The position numbers and the translations under genes are program-made. Below, piece by piece: positions 58,292-64,000 of a stretch of 64,000 nucleotides of DNA. The notes beneath the pieces were generated by a model. It had not been told where the DNA came from, ran no database searches, and worked only from the letters and a program-made list of their open reading frames with translations. Source of the DNA: Cyanophora paradoxa CCMP329 (taxonomy: Eukaryota; Plantae; Glaucophyta); contig QPMI01000494.1 in NCBI GenBank assembly GCA_004431415.1, positions 372,001-436,000 of the forward strand. Reading direction: 5' to 3'. Position 1 is the first letter of the stretch. The number at the start of each line of letters is the position of its first letter.

Positions 58292-59944
58292 TAGTAGTAG
58301 TAGTGGAAAGCCAGTAATGGACGGGTACGCAAAGTACCAAGACACTACGAGCTCGGAGCAAGCTTAAGCGGCACCGAGGCGGCACTTGCATCATCATGGC
58401 ATCATACTTTTTTCCCCGCTGTTAATTTTCACTACGTAGTTGGCGACATGGCAGACATTGGCAGTACCGACCCAGCCGCCACCTAGCAATTTAGGAGGAA
58501 CGTCGTGGGGGGTACTTAGCGTCGGAGCTGCCGCAGGCCGCGGCGCGAAGGGTGTGCAGCGTCGAGAAGCACTGCAATTCTGACAATGCCTGCGTTGCAA
58601 ATGACCTCTAAACATTTCGAAAGCCCGTGAAAACAGTTCAGGCACGTAGTGCCTTAAAGCTCAGCGAGATTTAGGTCGTTTTCGGTCGTTTTTTAGTGTA
58701 AACGACTGCCCGGTACCCAGCCCTAGTGGCCAGTGGGACCCCGGCCCGCCACATGCACTGGCAGTGGACTGACTCAGTGGGCATTCTCGCCACTACATAC
58801 AACATGCCAGTGGCATACAAACGACGGAAAATCGCCGGGGTGGGGGTAGGCTCACGTCGTCAGATCGATCTGACCCGAGCTCATTGTGCGGATTTTCGCT
58901 TTTTTGAGCCGATCTTTTCCACATTCGGTGCGCGCGATTATCGCATCGCCGGGAATCGAAAGCCTTAGCTAAAGAAGGGTCGGACTTGCACCTTCAAATT
59001 CCTCGACGCATGTTCCAATCGTTGCCGAACTCGCTGTAAAAATCGAAGGCGCCAAGCGCCTGAAAGCTCGGTGCTTTTTTGCTTAGTTTAAGTCGATTTT
59101 CGCTCCAGAGTCCAAGGTACCCCCCCTCACACTGGCGCCACTGAGTGGGGTGCCAGTGGGCCCTGAGTGGGGCGACTGTGGGGGCACTGGGGGCCCTGCT
59201 GGGGGGCCGGGGGCCCGGGGCCCGGGGGTCACTGACTCAGTGGGCTCGGACTCTCCGGGACCGCCAGGGTACCGGTCAGCCTGCGCGCGGCGCCCCCGGC
59301 CCGGCGCGCGGCGGTACTACGGTAATCCATAAATTTTGAAAATTAAAAGACCCGGTATTATAGTATATGTGTAGACTTACAGGCCGGACTCCGAGCCAGA
59401 GTCCGACTCGGCGAGCCTCGGAGGCTCTTCAAGGCTTATGTATATACTATGATAATTAGAAGAAGAAAAGTTCAATTTTTGCAACACTGAAAGTTCTGAA
59501 CCAACGAACTTCGGAAACGAGACCATGACTCATGCCAAACAATTAAATTACAAAAAAACGACTGCACAGCCTGCCACTGGGCCAGCTGGCAGGTTCTGGA
59601 ACTTTGTACTTACTTGTGGAAGGACTGCACATGTACAGAAGACGTAGGAATTCTCGCCAACGTTAACAGAGCGGCGTCAGAGCCTTTATTTCGTCGATAC
59701 ACTTAAATTTCCGAATATTTGATACACTTGAAATGAGCTCGAGCCTTTTTATATTGTACGGAGAGAGGGATACCAGCGGCTGATTTGTCTAAGGCGAAGC
59801 CGCGGGTACGACGAAAATATGATGATTGCGAACCATATTTCGTCCGACGGTCACGATTTTCGCGTTTTGTCGAAATTAACTCTCGACGAAAGTTCCTTTT
59901 TTCTGCACTGCCGCAGTGTGGGGCCTGCGGGCCTGTGCGGCAGC

Positions 59945-60335
59945 TAGGGTTGCCGAATTTCGGAAATTCGGATTTTGGAGCGCCGAAATTCGGAATCGGC
60001 CCGCCGAAATTTCCGAAATGTCGGCCGAAATTTCGGCGAGCCCCCGCCCTCCGGAAATCGTAAACAACAGGTTGAGTCCACTTTAACCTAAAACAGACTG
60101 CCTAGCAATGCCTACTCGTGTGTTTAGCAGTGCCTACGGGCGCAGTTAGCCAGTCCCCGCCCCCCGGGCACCCCAACCCCCCACTTCCACGGCCGAAATA
60201 TGGATATTCCGAATATTTTATTGATTATTCTATTCTCTTTCGGCGAAATTCGGATCGGAGGGTGCCGAAATTTCGCCGAAATTTCGGAATCTTTCGGAAA
60301 TTTCGGCCGGCCGAAATTTCGGCTCGGTAACCCTA
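59945..60335. mobile_element. hAT-like MITE, 391 bp
   Basis: TIR TAGGGTTGCCG / CGGTAACCCTA; exact 8-bp TSD GCGGCAGC (59937-59944, 60336-60343); CCGAAATT subterminal repeats. Confidence 0.85.
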
Positions 60336-61023
60336 GCGGCAGCCGCCGGCATGCGCAGGCGCCTAAACTTTTGAAAGGCTAAAGCTAGCTAGGCATTGGC
60401 AGTCACTGAGTGTCGATTAAAATTGGCACAATTGCAAATTGCACGGCCCAGTGCACGTGACGCACGGTGACGGGCCGGCGCCACGGCGGAGACGTCGCGA
60501 TCGACGCCGACTCGACGGTGACGACCGTGACGTGCCACGGTGGCCCCGGCCGGCTGGCCCGGGGGCGGCCCACCGCCGGGCCACCGGAGATCGAGTCGGC
60601 GGAGCTCGCGATCGAGACTCCCGCAGTTTTTAAAAAAACAAACTTCGGAACTTCGGAAGAATCGGAAGTTTCGGAACCACTACCGGTAGCTATACGGTCT
60701 ATACCGGTGTAGCTTACTAGCCTAGTAGCATGCGGCAAATCACTGAGTCGCCGGTAATGCACATGATCTGTACAGTGTAATTATAACTTAGTAATTAACC
60801 GTGTTCTTTAACTTACAGCACTAGCTAGTGCCGATTCACTACCGAATCTATTAAAAATTACCGATATACGACATCATATCATAGTATACCAGTACATGTA
60901 CAAATTAATTTAATTTACCACTACTAGGCTACTAGTAGTAGTCTCAGTAGCTATAGCTACAGGTATGCAGGCAGCAGGCTCAGCCTGGCAGCCTTTAAGG
61001 CAGCTGCCTGCAGCAGTGGAGCC

Positions 61024-61495
61024 TAGAGCTTCGGCTCGAGCACAAAGCTCCCGGCTCGAGCCAGCTCGAGCCAGCCCCCTCCAGCCTCGAGCCAGCTCGA
61101 GCCGGCTCGAGCCGGCGAAGGGGGGGGGGGTACCCCAGCCCCAGACTTGGGCGCGCGGAGGAACCTTGGCCTCTAGCTCATGCGGATACATGCAGAATGC
61201 ATCTACTCTAAGAGAATAGAGGCTAGCTAGCCTGAATTTGATGAGTCAGGCCCTCGACACGCGCTGGAAATGAGCTGTCGACGTCAGAGGCCGCCTCTTC
61301 CCCCCCCGGCCCCGGCTCGAGCCCCGGCTTGCCGGCTCGTGCTAGCTCGCCCCCCCTGGCTCGAGCCAGCCCTCCCCTCTCGGCTCGAGCCGCCGGCTCG
61401 AGCGAGCCGCCCCTCGCCACGAGCCGGCTCGAGCCGGAAAAAGGCCGGCTCGAGCCCGGCTCGCTCGAGCCGGCTCGGCTCGAGCCGAAGCTCTA
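61024..61495. mobile_element. hAT-like MITE, 472 bp
   Basis: Perfect 18-bp TIR TAGAGCTTCGGCTCGAGC; exact 8-bp TSD GTGGAGCC (61016-61023, 61496-61503); many GCTCGAGCC subterminal repeats. Confidence 0.88.
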
Positions 61496-61558
61496 GTGGA
61501 GCCGCGGATTCGAAGCGGACAACGCCGGACTCGGGGACATCCCGGGTCCGATGATCTT

Positions 61559-61869
61559 CCGTCGGGCACTAAATTACTGCGGCATAAATTAAATAAACGC
61601 GGTGTCAAACCTGGCGCTCCGTTAAGCGAAATAACGCGGTACCAAATTAACGCGGTGAAAAAGTTTAGGCTTGTATGGGGCGGTAATTTTTGGAGGGTAT
61701 TGTTTGGGGCGACTGTGCAGGAGGGATTCCGGAATTGACGTGGTGCGTATTATGCAGCGTATATATATACTATGATACACCGAATTAACGTGGTGCGTGA
61801 GACCGGATTTCGGCGCGTTAATTTGGTACCGCGTTAATTAAGTGACTGCGATAATTTAGTGCCCTACGC
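61559..61869. mobile_element. MITE related to the 251-bp family, with a different TIR and internal repeat
   Basis: GGGCACTAAATTA ... TAATTTAGTGCCC inverted repeat with decayed CCGT ends; TAACGCGGT repeats; shared core AGGCTTGTATGGGGCGGTAA at 61667-61686. Confidence 0.65.
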
Positions 61870-62142
61870 CGTGACGGTCCGGTAGAGAGCTCGGCGATAG
61901 ATATCGCGACTCGGCGAGTCGCATTGCGGCAGCAATTCTAGTATAGCAAGAGTTCGCACTGCGGCATACTACTAGGCTAGTACTATGATAGTGCAATTGC
62001 AAGCCGTCGACGGTCCGGTCACCGGGTGTGCGAGCGCTCGGCGAGCCGCGAGTCCCGCGACCCGCGGAACTCGAGCGCACGACTCGCGGCAAGAGACAGT
62101 GGACTGAGCGCGCCGCGGCGATCTGAACTTAGCCCAGTCGTC

Positions 62143-64000
62143 ATGGGCCGCCGCCGATCTGGATCCGTATCCGCGCTAGCTGCGGCGTCGGCCGCAGCCG
62201 TGATTGTCGTGCTGACGCTTGCGATTGCAAACGTGCCGACGTGCTCCGGAGCCTCTGCGGGCGTAGGCGCCAATTTCGATGTGCCCACAGCTGAGTATGC
62301 AGCCGGCGGCTGCAGCGTCGAGGAACGCCTCATCCGCTGGTACACGTTCTTCGAGGCCGCCGGCCACATAGACATGCATGCGGAGTCATCCGCCGTTACC
62401 TGCGCATCGCAATCCCGCGCTGAAACCGACGATCGCGATCATTATATGGTGGGTTGCGTTCGCTGAATGCATGAGACTAATTTGTGTCTATATTACGGTT
62501 TTGCAGCTGCGGGGTGCCCACATCACGGCCGCGGATAACTCGGTGGGTTCCCCATCTCCGGATTTCGATTAAAATACTGTATACGTAGCTATAGCTGGCG
62601 TCTCGGTTCGCCGTAGCGGCTTGCAATTGATGGCTTTCTGTTCTGCAGGTGGCGCCGGCTGTGCACATCTCTTCGGATTTGGACAGCAGCAATGGCTTCC
62701 TCGCCTCACCTTTAACTTCGAAGGCCAACGTTGCACATGATCGTGAGCAAGCTGGAGCCCGCAAGTTTAAGCGCCCGCTTCGTATCTCGGCCGAGTCGAT
62801 CATGCACAAGGCGCCGACGGGTTCAACGTGCAGTAATCGTCAAAAGAAGTACGGTACGACGAGCGAGCCGGGGTGGGAGTGCGACTACTGCAACCTTCCC
62901 TACCAAGCTTCATACGGGGACTGGGTCGGAACGTTCTGTCTCAGCACTCTTTGCACGCACGACCAGGTCATCGTGACGGGCTACAACGGCAACGCCACGG
63001 ACCTGAGGCCCGAATGCTACTGCAACACGACGGCGTTCAACGAGGTCGGCGGCCGCTGCATGGACCCCTCCATCACACCGTCACCTTCCCCGAGCCCAAG
63101 CCCGAGCGCGAGCGCGAGCCCGTGCGTGCCTGCCTCATTTGTGATAACAGTAATTACGGTTTACGGGGTCTTGATGACTGATGCAACTGTACCACAAGGT
63201 CACCTTCCCCGTCGTCCTTGGCCAGCCCCTCGCCGTCCCCTAGCACCGCTTCTGAGCCCACGGCCGCGCCTTCTCCCGCGGGCCCTTCGCCGAGCCCGTC
63301 CGCGCTCGCACCGTTGACGGCGACGGCAACCGCGTCTCCCAGCCCCTCCCCGATCGGAAGCCCAGCGCCTACATCCCCACCCCAGGTATTTTACCGAAGA
63401 ACTCTACATATATATGCAGAACCTAATAGCCCACAGCCTTCAGGACCCACACCTTCAGGACCCACACCTTCGCCGATCCCAGCTCCGGTGCGTTCGCGAT
63501 GACACTGTTTCGAGTCGGTGTACATGTCTCCGTTCCGTCTGAAAGTAAATTTCGGTCGATTAATATCGCCGACAGAAATTCATTACGATCAACAAAAATA
63601 ATCTCACGGCGGAGGTTACTGTCGGCAAGACACAGGCAAGTCTTTATTTTATCTCGAGATTTGGTGGTCAACGATTTGCTGATGAAGCTATTCCCATGAT
63701 CAGTTCAAGTTGTCCGAGTTCAAGATCGAGACAGTGTGCACTGCAGTAATTGAAATCGAAATTACCGCGGCCGGATCTGAATACCCCTTTTTCAGGATTC
63801 AGACAACATCGTTGTCTACGCTGTGACGCTCCCGGCCGCTTTTGTTACTGTTCCTCAGGTCCGCGGACGCCAGTGCAAGCGTCTGCAATTGATTTCATCC
63901 GATTTGCATTTTCCTCACTGCGCATGCATATTTTAGGCAGGCTCCGGCTCCTCGGATTCCATCACTGTACCAGTGACTGGAGTTGTGAACGTGCGCCTAG
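62143..64000 (+). CDS. Secreted/surface Cys-domain plus (SP)/Thr-rich (HRGP/mucin-like) protein, multi-exon, runs off the window
   Basis: ATG 62143 with hydrophobic AAAVIVVLTLAIA; Cys-rich exon (CSNR...WECDYC...FCLSTLC...CYC...C) followed by PSPSPSPSP and SPAGPSPSPS tracts. Confidence 0.6.

Overview
GC-rich, intron-dense eukaryotic (protist/algal-type) genomic DNA, not prokaryotic; most ORF-track entries are GC-shadow frames. The main feature is a complete, AT-rich, intronless 11,026-bp Maverick/Polinton-like endogenous virus (45285-56310). It has perfect 66-bp terminal inverted repeats, a 6-bp target-site duplication (GTGTGC), and encodes an rve integrase, protein-primed PolB, minor and major capsid proteins, an A32-like packaging ATPase and two terminal DUF5710-like ORFs; no protease is visible. 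It is inserted inside a coding exon of a host minus-strand gene with two tandem prolyl-4-hydroxylase-like 2OG-Fe(II) domains, and removing it restores the reading frame exactly. A second unusual locus (12412-22237) is built from ten tandem copies of a four-small-exon cassette encoding an ~81-aa, 4-Cys repeat. Other host genes: a long Ala/Glu-rich protein, an F-box-like protein, a secreted WD40/(SP)n/WSC protein, a GT77-like glycosyltransferase head-to-head with dolichol kinase, and a secreted (SP)n-rich protein. Intergenic spacers carry hAT-type (8-bp TSD) and TA-targeting MITEs. Exon boundaries were read by eye and are approximate unless stated.
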